A DNA stretch of 37,668 nucleotides, from positions 1-37,668 of the forward strand of contig JAUCBJ010001951.1 in assembly GCA_032718475.1 (NCBI GenBank), given 5' to 3'. Below are positions 21,077 through 33,034 of this stretch, in pieces; the stretch's first letter is position 1; the number at the start of each line of letters is the position of its first letter. The stretch comes from Nemertoderma westbladi. Its lineage: Eukaryota; Animalia; Xenacoelomorpha. Both the position numbers and the translations under genes were made by a program. A model generated the notes under the pieces. It saw nothing but the letters and a program-made list of their open reading frames with translations, made no database searches and was not told where the DNA came from.

Positions 21077-22430
21077 CCAGGGTTGTGAACCAGATGGGGT
21101 GAAGGGACCAGGGTTGTGTACCAGATGGGTGAAGGGGTCAGGATTGTGTACCAGATGGGGTGGAGGGGCCAGGGTTGTGTACCAGATCTGGTGAAGGGGC
21201 CAGGGTTGAGCACCAGATGGGGTGAAGGGCCCAGGGTTGTGAACCAGATGGGTGAAGGGGTCAGGATTGTTACCAGATGGGGTGGAGGGGCCAGGGTTGT
21301 GTACCAGATCTGGTGAAGGGGCCAGGGTTGAGCACCAGATGGGGTGAAGGGCCCAGGGTTGTGAACCAGATGGGTTAAGGGACCAGGGTTGTGTACCAGA
21401 TGGGTGAAGGGGCCAGGATTGTTTACCAGATGGGGTGAAGGGGCCGGGGTTGGGTACCAGATGGGGTGAAGGGGCCAGAGTTGTGAACCAGATGGGGTGA
21501 AGGGACCAGGGTTGTGTACCAGATGGGTGAAGGGGTCAGGGTTGTGTACCAGATCTGGTGAAGGGGCCAGGGTTGAGCACCAGATGGGGTGAAGGGCCCA
21601 GGGTTGTGAACCAGATGGGTTAAGGGACCAGGGTTGTGTACCAGATGGGTGAAGGGGCCAGGATTGTTTACCAGATGGGGTGAAGGGGCCGGGGTTGGGT
21701 ACCAGATGGGGTGAAGGTGCCAGGGTTGTGTACGAGATGGGGTGAAGGGGCCAGGGTTGTGTACCAGATGGGGTGAGGGGGCCAGGATAGTGAACCAGAT
21801 GGGGTGAAGGAGTCAGGGTTGTGTACCAGATGGGGTGGTGGGACCAAGGTTGTGTACCAGGTGGGGTGGAGGGTGTACCAGATGGGGTGGATGGTTCAGG
21901 GTTGTGTACCAGATGGGGTGGGGGGACCAGGGTTGTGTACCAGATGGGGTGAAGGGGCCGGGGTTGGGTACCAGATGGGGTGAAGGTGCCAGGGTTGTGT
22001 ACTAGATGTGGTGGATGGTTCAGGGTTGTGTACCAGATGGGGTGGATGGTTCAGGGTTGTGTACCAGATGGGTTGAAGGGGCCAGGGTTGTGTACGAGAT
22101 GGGGTGAAGGTGCCAGGGTTGTGTACCAGATGTGGTGGATGGTTCAGGGTTGTGTACCAGATGGGGTCGATGGTTCAGGGTTGTGTACCAGATGGGTTGA
22201 AGGGGCCAGGGTTGTGTACGAGATGGGGTGAAGGTGCCAGGGTTGTGTACCAGATGTGGTGGATGGTTCAGGGTTGTGTACCAGATGTGGTGGATGGTTC
22301 AGGGTTGTGTACCAGATGTGGTGGATGGTTCAGGGTTGTGTACCAGATGGGGTGGATGGTTCAGGGTTGTGTACCAGATGGGTTGAAGGGGCCAGGGTTG
22401 TGTACGAGATGGGCTGAAGAGGCCAGGTTT
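21077..22430 (+). repeat. G-rich minisatellite, about 31-bp unit, roughly 44 copies
   Basis: Consensus CCAGGGTTGTGTACCAGATGGGGTGAAGGGG; a GTGGATGGTTCAGGG variant dominates the right end. Confidence 0.97.
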
Positions 22431-22595
22431 GCCAATTGCGAAATCTGACTCCCTTGGTGGGATGAAAAGGGGGCGAAGCCCCCGGAATTGTTTTTAAAGT
22501 AAATATTAATTTTTAGTCACTACCGGTATTACTCATGCATTAGCTTTACGAGTAATATAATTACTCGAACAATTACTGTATTTATAATTACTTAC

Positions 22596-22928
22596 ATCTC
22601 GAAGCATCTCAATATATTTGAAACTTATTTGTGACGTCACATCGTAAACCAATATAAATGCCTTGGCGTTAACAATTCCAGACCCGAAGAACTGCAGACC
22701 CACCCAGTCCCGTAGACTCGAGCTGTAGTTGGTGACCACCGGTGTGTCTACGATGTATAGCTCGATGGGTCGTCCGTTTAGCACCACGACGGGACGATAC
22801 AGGTGTTTCCGTTTGGTTGGTCGGTAACAGGCGGAGTACGAACAGTTGGTGAATCGGTCAAGGATTGAGGTCTTACCGACACCAGGCGCTCCGAGGATAG
22901 CCAGTTTAATACGTTCTTCTGACGTCAT
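22596..22928 (-). CDS. RASL10B: Ras-like family 10 GTPase, first coding exon
   Basis: MTSEERIKLAILGAPGVGKTS (P-loop), LYRPVVVLNG, IVDTP, AFILVYDVTSQISFKYIEMLRD, then donor GTAAGT at 22595. A possible upstream acceptor (ATTTCAG) lies near 23121. Confidence 0.92.
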
Positions 22929-23749
22929 AAACAAGTGTTGTTGGTGAGATTAATACGTTCTTATGACGTCGTAAACAAGATTTGTTGGTGACTTTAACTG
23001 GGCCTACATAAGTCATAACCAAGTGTTAACGAGTTTAATACATTCTCCTGATGTCAAAAGCTGTAGGTTTATGAGTTTAGTAAGTTTCTCTATGATATGG
23101 TATGTAGATTTATCCTTTAATCTGAAATCGTAAAACAGGTTGGCCAATTCAATTCTTTCCAGTTTCGGAAATTTTGTCCTTCTTGTAACTTAATTAACTT
23201 CATATCAATCTTTCATTATCATTACCATTAATAAATTAATTAAATAATAATTTATTAATACCATTAATAAAAACAAAATAATAATAATAATTAGCGTCAA
23301 TTACAGCATCGACTTTTTATTATTATCTTCATATGAAGTCATAAATTCGTTAGATTTTATTGTGAGCCAATTTAATCAATATTAGTGATGTCATATTATA
23401 ATTTGAAGACATGCAAATCACTTATTTTCTGCAATATGCATTACATCCGCATATAAAGGTAATTATGGCAATAATGGCAGTAGTTTATCTGTAATATAAT
23501 ATGATACGAAATTGTGAAACATGTGCGGCTTATGTAAATATTTACCAGAAGATCAATAATTAATATTTATGTTGTATTGTATTCGAGATGAATTAAATCA
23601 ATATTAGATGTTATTATGAAATTATAACGTTTCCTTCCATTCAACTAGATATTCTAACAATTATTTTCAAAATATGAATCCTAAGTATGCATGGTGTAAA
23701 TCAGTTGGTAAAAACGTAAAACATCACAATGCAATCCACAATTATTGGC

Positions 23750-24000
23750 TCCAAGGCAGCATGCATTAAGAAACTATGACACGGCTTCTCGATAAAGTTG
23801 CGCCGCCATAATTCCCTATCACCCATGACATTTGCTAGATCATCCGTATCTTCAAGGCCAGTGTCCTTTAAGATGCGTCTCAAGAAAGTAATGGGTTGTC
23901 CACCTTGCTTATATTTTATCCATGACGCTACCAAAGCACAACATTGCGCACCATGCTGGTCTCACGCCGAAAGCAATGTCCTGCAAGGCGGAGGCGGTAC
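23750..24000 (-). mobile_element. Diverged 3' fragment of the second RTE-like family
   Basis: GGQPITFLRRILKDTGLEDTDDLANVMGDRELWRR; homologous to 33060-33300. Confidence 0.75.
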
Positions 24001-25681
24001 ATAAAAACAATGACATATAACCCGTAACAAGGCAACATAAAATTATACTTCTATAACAATGTTGTCAATAAATATTAATCAACCCCACGTATTAATAAAA
24101 ATATCATGCTCTTCATTGAAATATCCATAATTATCTGAGAAATTCGCATATACTGTACAGTAGTAGGAATGTAGGTAGCAATATATGAAATTATGTAGAA
24201 GATATGCAAAAAATTAAAATGGAATAATTTATTGTTGCTTAAATGTAAAACAACTTATAATTGTGGCATTTCACGAATTACGGTCTAGGACCGCAAACAA
24301 CTTGTGCTGGAGAAAGCGTGGTTAATAAGAAAACAACTTTAATCTCCATGTTAGATACGAGATGTCGAAACTAATTTACTGCCCAGTTGCTATGGATTCA
24401 TAGATAAGAATGATAAGATTCACCCAAGAGATGTTTCTTACTAAGTAAAGTAAGTAAGTACATTATTTTGATTAATCAAAAAAATCAGAATTGGATGGAT
24501 ACAGTTCCCTTGGCTCTTCACCTGTACCACCGGTACATTAATTAACTCTGTCGAGATTAAAAAAATCGATGGTTTTTCATACATTATTATTATTTTTGCT
24601 GAGCTGAGCTGAGCGCTTACCTAAAAACTTTAATAAAAACTATTAAACTATATTAAAAAAACTTTAATATAATTATATTTAATTATTAATTATTATTACT
24701 TAATTATTATATTAAACTAAAACTTTAATTTTAAACTAATCACGTGATATCCACACAAATTCGATCATAAATTGATGTCCAATCATGGAGAAATAATAAC
24801 TCGTCTCAATATGTTACAGTTATATTATCAAGCAAGGGAATTAAGCAGAATACTAGGGCCTTTATTCATAAAAAAAAACAACAACAAAAATCAATAGAAA
24901 AGGTTGCAGTTATTTTTGGGAGTAATCAGCTGTTATTTGCATCGAATTTCTTCGAAAGATTCATTTTGATTTCGTCTAAAGTCCCCCCCCCCCCCCCCCC
25001 CCCCCATCTCAATAGGAAATAGATTTTACCTAATTAGATGTTTTAGATAAATTATTCCTCATTGCAACATGGCTAAAACCAAACCATAGATGTTGGTTCT
25101 TGGAAGCTAAAAAGTAATAATTAAAGATCCAACAAGGAATACCTAGGAATACTTCAATGAAGCCATTGCATTCCATTTATGACACAGAAATTCAATTATC
25201 TTATGATTCGATTACCAACAGAATGTTGTCAACCGTAAAGATAATGATGAGTGTCATGGAAGATATAGTTGTGATGGTAACGAGTAACAATGCTACAATA
25301 ATGGTAGCTGCTTTGTATGCATATCCTACAGTACACACGGGTGTAGCAACTATGTCCTGTGTGACGCTGCATCAATCTATGTAGATTACCCTTTGCTATA
25401 ATGATAGCCATATGGGTGGAACAGTTGGCTTATCTCTATCAGCTATCTGGATATATGTAATTGCGATAATCTGTGCTTGCAGTATGCGTGGTAAACGGCC
25501 ATTAAATTCTCTGTGACAGTTTTTTATGAACGCTTGGGGGAACACGGGCGATGCAAGCATAGATTCACTGAATATCTTCTTGTTCTATGAAACGACGGTT
25601 AAAAATAGATTAAGTAATTTAACTTATATATTTTTCTAACATCCATAGAATGTATTAATTATTAACTAATTTGATTACCAA

Positions 25682-25753
25682 TCCTCTGTGGTGTAGTGGT
25701 TAGCATACCTGAACGTTTATCGGGAGACGCGGGTTCAATCCCCGCTGGTGGCG
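25682..25753 (+). pseudogene. tRNA-like sequence (pseudo-tRNA or SINE-type head)
   Basis: A box TGGTGTAGTGG, B box GGTTCAATCC. T stem GCGGG/CCCGC, anticodon stem CCTGA/TCGGG, loop ACGTTTA lacking U33. Acceptor stem has two mismatches. T6 at 25760-25765. Confidence 0.75.
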
Positions 25754-26239
25754 AATTAATTTTTTCCGCTCCATTTGCTATAGAGTTGGATCATCCTTAG
25801 TCCTGTTTAATTACTTATTAATTTATACAATCTATGGATGTTAAACACATATACATTAACTAATTTAAACTTAGAATGATTGTCATCGGCGAAATGCCAT
25901 TTTCAACAAATATATTTATTCGACATACTGTACACGTTCGTGGGGACTTCGCGCAGCACGTAGTCGGCAAGCCTTGGCATACGGTTCATATAGAGCAAAT
26001 GGGGCATGTCTAGTTTGGACCCCATATCCCATGCTATAAATGTATTCATTCGATATACAATCATATGTTAATCCGCTAGGTGGTGTCAAATTGTTATTCT
26101 GCAATTTCGTACTTACCAGTGCACCACTGTACAGCAGTACCGTACCGGTAGGCCTATGTCATTACTTCTGAGTCTCTAGCGGATCCCCAATTAAATGTCT
26201 TAACTTTTCAATTTCGTAAAAGATAGACTTCATGATTCT

Positions 26240-26454
26240 CTACAGGCCATCAAAATTTCAGCTCAGGAAAATGAGGCCTTCCCGAGAAATTTAACATTTT
26301 CTAAAAACCACATAATCTGTCGTAGCTGACGTCAGACTGCATGATTTTTCACCAAACTTTACAAACTTTCTAAACTTTCTCTCTACTACTTACCTACTAA
26401 GTTTGGTTCAATTCCGAACGAGCGATGCCGAGAAATTCGCGTTCAAACATTTAC

Positions 26455-26487
<33 letters not shown>

Positions 26488-26510
26488 AGACGGACAGACA
26501 GACGGACATG
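26240..26510. mobile_element. DINE-1/HINE-like non-autonomous repeat with (GACA/GACG)n microsatellite
   Basis: AAGTTTGGTTCAA...CAGACAGACAGACGGACGGAC. (GTCY)n tracts are typical of Helentron-derived elements. A similar short stretch occurs near 37100-37180. Confidence 0.45.
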
Positions 26511-26514
26511 CCCC

Positions 26515-27109
26515 ATGTCTCAGAATAGAGTAACCAATCAGCATTCAGATTCAGACCGTATATAAAGCTCAACTATCAGACTTTCCGATTTCTTTCTGTA
26601 TTCTATTTCAATCACAACATTTTTCCCACAAATTTGGTTATTACTTTTTCTGCCTTTTCCGCTTTCCTACTTCAGTACCGGTACTCCTTCATTCAAAATT
26701 CAGCCCTTTCTTTTACATTCAGACATTGCAGCCTTAATAGATCTTTACTTTAGATACCGGTAATTAATTAGTACATTTCCAATAAAATGCAAAATGACAC
26801 CACCACTGTCTTTAACCTTTTCCATCAGTCCATGCAGACAGAATTAGCGATCAACCAAATAGAACATAGTTTAGCGGCGTAGACTATTGTTCTCAATAGA
26901 ATTAGAATACAGATACAGTATTTCACATATTTCAGTTTATCATCAGATTACTCAGTTCAGTAGTTCCGCCGCGAACATTATAACCAAATTTGTGGGAAAA
27001 ATGTTGTGATTGAAACAGAATACAGAATGAATGAATCGGAAAGTCTGATAGTTGAGCTTTATATACGGTCTGAATCTGAATGCTGATTGGTTACTCTATT
27101 CTGAGACAT
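26515..27109. mobile_element. MITE with terminal inverted repeats of about 125 bp
   Basis: 26515-26641 (ATGTCTCAGAATAGAGTAACCAATCAG...CACAAATTTGGTTAT) is the reverse complement of about 26980-27109, nearly perfect over the outer 75 bp. Confidence 0.9.
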
Positions 27110-27258
27110 ACTGTACAGTATGTCGAGTAAATATATTTATTGAAAATGGCATTTCGCCGATGACAATGATCAAACTGTATAGCAAATAGAGCGAAAAAAC
27201 GAATAAGGCACAAGCAGGGATCGAACCCCCATCTCCTGATAAATGATTAGGTAGTGTA
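27110..27258 (-). repeat. Second, inverted copy of the tRNA-like repeat, split by the LINE; A-box half at 29614-29630
   Basis: Reverse complement gives CAGGAGATGGGGGTTCGATCCCTGC...TTTGCTATA...ATTGTCATCGGCGAAATGCCATTTTCAA...CGACATACTGTACA, matching 25720-25935. Confidence 0.8.
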
Positions 27259-29579
27259 GATAAGTATATCCCTACTTCTAAGTGTAGTTATAACAGTAGG
27301 ACTACTAATGCTGTTCCCGGTTGGAACGAGTTTGTTAAAGAAAAATATGAAGCGGCGCAGGAGGCCTTTCATATATGGTGTGAGCAGGGGCGACCGAGAT
27401 TCGGTTTTATTTGGGACGTGAAACGGCGTGCAACCGCGCAGTTCAAATTGGCCCTGCGTAATTGTCGTCGGTCTGTGCAGTCTATCAGAGACGACAAATT
27501 AGCTCAGTCTTTTATTGATAGTAAAAACGATTTTTGGAGTTCAGTGCGATCGCGAAATAACGCGAAAATTAAACGTTCCAATAATGTTGGTGGTGCTAAT
27601 TCCGAACCGGAAATAGCTGATCTTTTTAAGAGTAGTTATGAGCATATCTTTAACTCAGTGCCGTGTAAGGATGATGATTTTGTCTACGTGAAAGGTGTGT
27701 TTGATAATTGGGATGGTTCTAATTATGTGCATATTACTCCGTCTATGGTTTATGAGGCGGTTCAGAGTCTTTCTAAAGGAAAGGCTGCAGGTCCGGATGG
27801 GATTTTTCCAGAAAGTTTAATATTTGCAGGGCCGCGTTTGTCAGTAATGTTAGCCCTATTATTTAATGCTTTTTTGGTTCATGGTTATTTGCCTAATAGC
27901 TTTATTACTTCTAGTATTTTACCTGTAATTAAAAATAAGAATGCTAGTTATTCTGATTTCACTAATTACAGACCTATAGCTGTTGCTAACGCGATATCGA
28001 AAGTATTTGAGGCATGTATACTGCCTTTTATCAAGGGTCGTGCTAAGTGTACTGATAATCAATTCGGTTTTCAGTCAGCTCTAGGCACTGAAATGTGTAT
28101 TTTTGCGTTAAAAGAAACTGTTCATTTATATGTCAGTCGAGAATCTCCAGTGTATTCGGCGTTCTTAGATGCGTCTAAGGCGTTTGACCGGGTAAATCAT
28201 TTTAAATTGTTTAGACAGCTATTGGATATTAATGTACCGGTTTCAATTGTGCGTATTCTTTCCTTTTGGTATTCAAATCAATATATTTTTGTAAGATGGG
28301 GAAGTGCTTCCTCGGATGTCTTCACTGTTTCTAATGGTGTACGACAGGGGAGCCTTCTCAGCCCTGTTCTCTTTAATATCTATATGACGGAATTAAGTAG
28401 ACGCTTGAACGACTCTTTTGTTGGTTGCAAAGTAGGTTCCATTATTATTAATAATCTTTTTTATGCAGACGATCTATGTTTATTATCCCCTAGCATTTTT
28501 GGTCTACGTAAGTTAATTGCTATTTGTGAAAAGTTTGGGGTGGAATTTGATATTGAATTTAACCCGCTTAAATCTCACTGTATGTATTTTCTTCCTTATA
28601 GAATTAACCGTGCTGGTGATGTATATCTTTGTGGTAAACCATTACATTGTGTTAAGGAGGTTAATTACCTTGGGCATACAATTACTTGCGATCTAAGCGA
28701 TGAATCAGATATGAAACGTATAATGTGCTCAATGTATTGTAGGGGTAACCAGATTGCTAGATTATTTTCGAATTGTTCATATGATGTAAAGTTAACCTTA
28801 TTTAGATCCTACTGTTACAGCATGTACTGTTGCTCACTCTGGTCTATATTTCGTGTTGAGAATTTGCGCAAGGTTAAGGTAGCTTATAATACTGCTTTTA
28901 GATCACTTTTCAAATATTCTAGAACTGAGGACGCTAGTGAAATTTTTGTAAATAATAGGATCAATACTTTTAGGGCTATGCAGAGAAGTAATATTTTTTC
29001 TTTGCTACGACGTATTGATATTTCACAAAACATCATTATTCGTGTAATTGCTAACGTTTCTCCTCTCTCGGTGTTGCGTAAGAGGTGGTTAGTGGTGCTT
29101 GGGGTAACCTAATTTTCTGATTTTGTGTTTTATGTAAAATTTTTTGAATTTTTTTTCCGCTGTAAAATCTTTTGAATATTTTTTCGTTGTAAAAATTATT
29201 GAATTTTTATTCTACTTAAACTACATTATTTTTGTGTTTTATTCTTAGTCTATCTTTTATATAAACTATTGTCATTGTAAAGAGTGAATAACTTTCGTGC
29301 TGTTCTTAGAATTAATATTTTCTCCTTACTTAGCCGTACTGCTAACTTTGAGAACTCAATCATGCCTGTATCTCAATCACTAATTCTTTATTACATTGTC
29401 GTTGGAACATTGTTCTTGGTGCTGTTTAATATTGCAATATTTGATTGGTAATTCCCCGTTAAATGTTTCTCCTTTGTATTGATTTAATGTAAACTTGAAT
29501 GAACTACTTACTTAATATTATTATGTGTGCTAATAAATAGGTGTCGTGTAGGTACAATGGGCCTTGGCCCGATGAATTA

Positions 29580-29612
<33 letters not shown>
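27259..29612 (+). mobile_element. 5'-truncated LINE (RTEX-like) with 3' UTR and (AAT)n tail
   Basis: Begins mid-ORF (VPGWNEFVK...WCEQGRPR). (AAT)n at about 29580-29612. Flanked by the two halves of a tRNA-like repeat. Confidence 0.9.
27418..29112 (+). CDS. LINE reverse transcriptase, N-terminally truncated, no endonuclease
   Basis: KAAGPDGI, NYRPIA, QFGF, FLDASKAFDRV, GVRQGSLLSP, FYADD, YLGH; frame uninterrupted. Confidence 0.92.
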   Translation: MKRRATAQFKLALRNCRRSVQSIRDDKLAQSFIDSKNDFWSSVRSRNNAKIKRSNNVGGANSEPEIADLFKSSYEHIFNSVPCKDDDFVYVKGVFDNWDGSNYVHITPSMVYEAVQSLSKGKAAGPDGIFPESLIFAGPRLSVMLALLFNAFLVHGYLPNSFITSSILPVIKNKNASYSDFTNYRPIAVANAISKVFEACILPFIKGRAKCTDNQFGFQSALGTEMCIFALKETVHLYVSRESPVYSAFLDASKAFDRVNHFKLFRQLLDINVPVSIVRILSFWYSNQYIFVRWGSASSDVFTVSNGVRQGSLLSPVLFNIYMTELSRRLNDSFVGCKVGSIIINNLFYADDLCLLSPSIFGLRKLIAICEKFGVEFDIEFNPLKSHCMYFLPYRINRAGDVYLCGKPLHCVKEVNYLGHTITCDLSDESDMKRIMCSMYCRGNQIARLFSNCSYDVKLTLFRSYCYSMYCCSLWSIFRVENLRKVKVAYNTAFRSLFKYSRTEDASEIFVNNRINTFRAMQRSNIFSLLRRIDISQNIIIRVIANVSPLSVLRKRWLVVLGVT

Positions 29613-32320
29613 TATAGCCACTACACCACTATCGAAGTCCTATTTAAATTACTTTACATAATAATTTGCAACAATAATTTAAGGAAGTTAAAAATATATA
29701 AATAGTCAAAATATTATTGAGACAGGGTTTATAATTAACTAACAAAATATATGGCCCATGTGAAGAATACCAGACTTTCTGTCGTTATATTTCACTTTCC
29801 AGTTACCCCCATGTGAAGAATACCAGGTTTTCACCAAAAACACAGGTTACAGAATGGCTGAATCTAACCAAAACAATAAACGAATTAGTATATGTACAGG
29901 TTCTACCACAGAAATAAGCGCTTAAAACAATTAATAAAGATAAATTAAAAAAAATATAAAATCTTCATATATAAAACTCCATTAAAAAGTCGACCGAATA
30001 GTGAAATCCTCGTATTCTTAACATGGGCGAAAAATAATAAAAAATAAAAAAAACAAAGTGCAAATAATTATTTGCTGAGATGGTTAACGTTTATTGAAAT
30101 TAAATGTAAAACTCGGCAGCTGTGAATTAAAACGGTAAGAAATGATGAAACTAAATGGCTACTAAGCTTTATCTTAAATGTAAATAATTATAGAACTTTA
30201 GGGAAAAGATTAGAACTCAGGGATAGAGATTCTCAATGATATAACGATCTGATCTGTGATTGGTTAGATGAATTCTATGATCTGGACACCGCATCATATG
30301 TGGTTGAGATACATTCTCGAGACATACCGATTGCATAGTTCATGGAAGACATTCCTACTCACATCCTTCCCCCCTGAAATACATACTTAATCGGGTGCAT
30401 CTCTAGGATGCATGCCGCACGGCTGACACCTCCAAAGTTACGACCAGCCGCAGCCATTACATTTCATTTGCATTTACCAAGACTAATTAATGTATTTTAT
30501 CGGAGCTTCTAGATGCCAATAAGACTGAGCGCCACTTTTCTTCTCATCAGGCGGCTACACCTGAACCACAAACTACCTAAAACCTGTTCCTTTAATCCTT
30601 CAATGCATTTTACAGTTTACCTTAACCGGGGAATTCATCATTAAATTAAAATGAATTCCCTTGTTATAAGAGAGTAAGTTACATCTTCTAATATGAATAA
30701 ATAAATTCAAATTTTGTAAGCTAAGTTATAAACAGATGCCACTTACCTAATAAACTCGAACTTAACTAGTATAGTAAGTTATTTGTGAACGTTTTATGTA
30801 CATCCCGAAGGTTTCACTATCTCGACTGTTACCCATAAGCCAGGTTGCGTGCTGCACTACCACCTAAGGTCGAATACTATCGCTACCTAATAGTTATTTA
30901 TCTTTACTACCACAACATTTTACTGCGTTTCAAACTCACAAAGTGAGTTTATGTAGGGGGTTTGGGGAGGATGACTAATAATGACCTACTATAAATACGA
31001 CCCGCCAAGCTGCTGCAAAGCCCCTAAATTTAGTGGGCCAGTTATTTATCTTAGATAGAATCCCTGAAACAATATGTCTAGCGCGTTGCAAGTACTTGTC
31101 CCTAACTAAAATTATATCCTCTTTCAGATGAGGCAAATAAAAATTTAATAACTCCAGGAGTTTTCGAGATATGAGGCATTCCTGACACCTATACATATCA
31201 ACACTCCATTTGGAATTGATAAAATTACACAAAATACATCACCCTTTAAAGACTGATATAACCATGAAACTATACAAAGCTTTTTTAGGTTGTTGAATTC
31301 ATTATTAGTAATCGAAAGCAAGATTAGAAGCAAAATTTTCATTTTTTAAATCAATAGATACTAAAAGAGCACCATAAGTGCAAGTAGCACTTTTTCAAAC
31401 GTGGTAAATTTGTCCTACAGTTTGGCTGCTGAGGTTTTAGAATGTGTTGATTTCATTGGGAAGGCTTATTCCTCTACCTACATCAAACATATCGAAGAGT
31501 TGTGTAATATAACAACATAGGCAGGCATGTTGTTATATTAGTTATTAGTCAGTTATTTGTGCCCCTGGAGCACGAAAAAAACAAGTAGTGGAAATATGAT
31601 AATGAAAAGTCACCACGAAAACAAATTGATTTTATCAATATATGGGTTTTACGGGATGGTGATCAGGAATATGATACTGAAAAATATCCAACCCTGTTGA
31701 TTAGGGTATTTTTGGATATGTGTCAATGTGCGCCAGGAAAAATACAAGTAGCACAATTTTGCTAATCAAAAATCATTACCGAATCAACCTGATTTTATGA
31801 CATTGTGGGTTTTTTGGACGCTGTTCACGAATATTACACTCATAAATATTGTATTATCCAACCATATTTCATTTTTGACGTTTGACATTTTATGCTACTT
31901 GTATTTTTCGTCCCACTAACAAACACAAAAAAAACGATCAGCTAGACAACAATCCAGCCTACAAATTATTTATACAATTTGAGCGGGCTTACACGCCTTC
32001 TGCTCAATATTACACTTACAGATAAACAAAACTGAAAGAAATAAGTAAAATCCCAATAAATAACCAGGGCGGCCGTCCCTGATTAAATATTAAGACCTAC
32101 CAGTATATATTTATCAAAGTCGAATAATACTGTTGTACCTGTAAGTACCGGTTCGGGTAGTTGGGCAGTTAGGCCTACAGCTTACCGTTCGACCAGTACT
32201 TTCGACTTTATTGCCTACGGTGCAATAAAGAAACACAAATCTATTATATTATTGTTCTTACCAGAACAATAGACAACTATATTTATTGCCTACTGTGCAA
32301 TAAAGAACATAATCTATTAT

Positions 32321-32760
32321 TGTTCGCGCTTTCAGACCTTTAGCAGTTTAACCTGCCAATTTTAGTTGTCCTCTTGTTTATAAATCGACTTTAGCCTATA
32401 ACAATTATTTAGTGCACATGAAGTTACATTAGCCGAAGCCAGTCTATGCGCGATCATTCACCCACTGTTAAGGGAAACTGGATTCGGGTGCTTTGAAAGT
32501 TATTGCGGTGCAGACCTACGGTATTATTCGATTGATCGTTACTATATAATTTCTGACAATATTATTCACTTTCGGGGAAATATTAACAGTTACTTTAGGA
32601 CGTGGCGCTTTAAATATATAAAACAGATTATACTAAACACAACGAGATGGCCACTGAGTTTCGTAAATAGCGCATTATTTAGGAGATGCTTTATTATCTG
32701 TCACACTACTTCACACGACTTCACACTACTTCACACTGATCTGCCGACCGTCACTGAATT
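32321..32760 (-). mobile_element. 3' part of an LTR family B copy
   Basis: Starts TGTTCGCGCTTTCAGACCTTTAGCAGTTTAACCTGCCAA, the reverse complement of the LTR end at 11522; homology extends to about the equivalent of 11085. Confidence 0.88.
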
Positions 32761-33034
32761 TGATCCGATCAATTTGATACTGTAGTAGAATAGAGTAAAA
32801 CAAAGTATCAGTTCCCCAAATCATTAAACGACACTATTATATTCCAGGATAGTTAATAATAATTCCCCTAAATAATATCAGTTCCTCATTATATTGAAGT
32901 CGTAGGCCTAATATTAATTTATCTGAGCATATCTAATATATATCAATAACATTTGTCTATTAAATCCAAGACAAAAAGAAGCGAACACTGTTGTTAAGGT
33001 GGTCACGCATATTGTCTTACTTGACATCCTCCGA

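Noticed and set aside
20986-22448. ORFs at 20986, 21116, 21980 and 22104
   Set aside because: Translations of the minisatellite.
22533-22595. C-terminal tail VSNYKYSN... of the 133-aa ORF
   Set aside because: Read-through past the GTAAGT donor into the intron.
17661-25005. Poly-C runs near 17661 and 24983
   Set aside because: Simple homopolymers of uncertain length with no supporting context.
25682-25753. Functional tRNA-Asn(GTT)
   Set aside because: Mismatched acceptor stem, no U33, and it belongs to a repeat with a second diverged copy.
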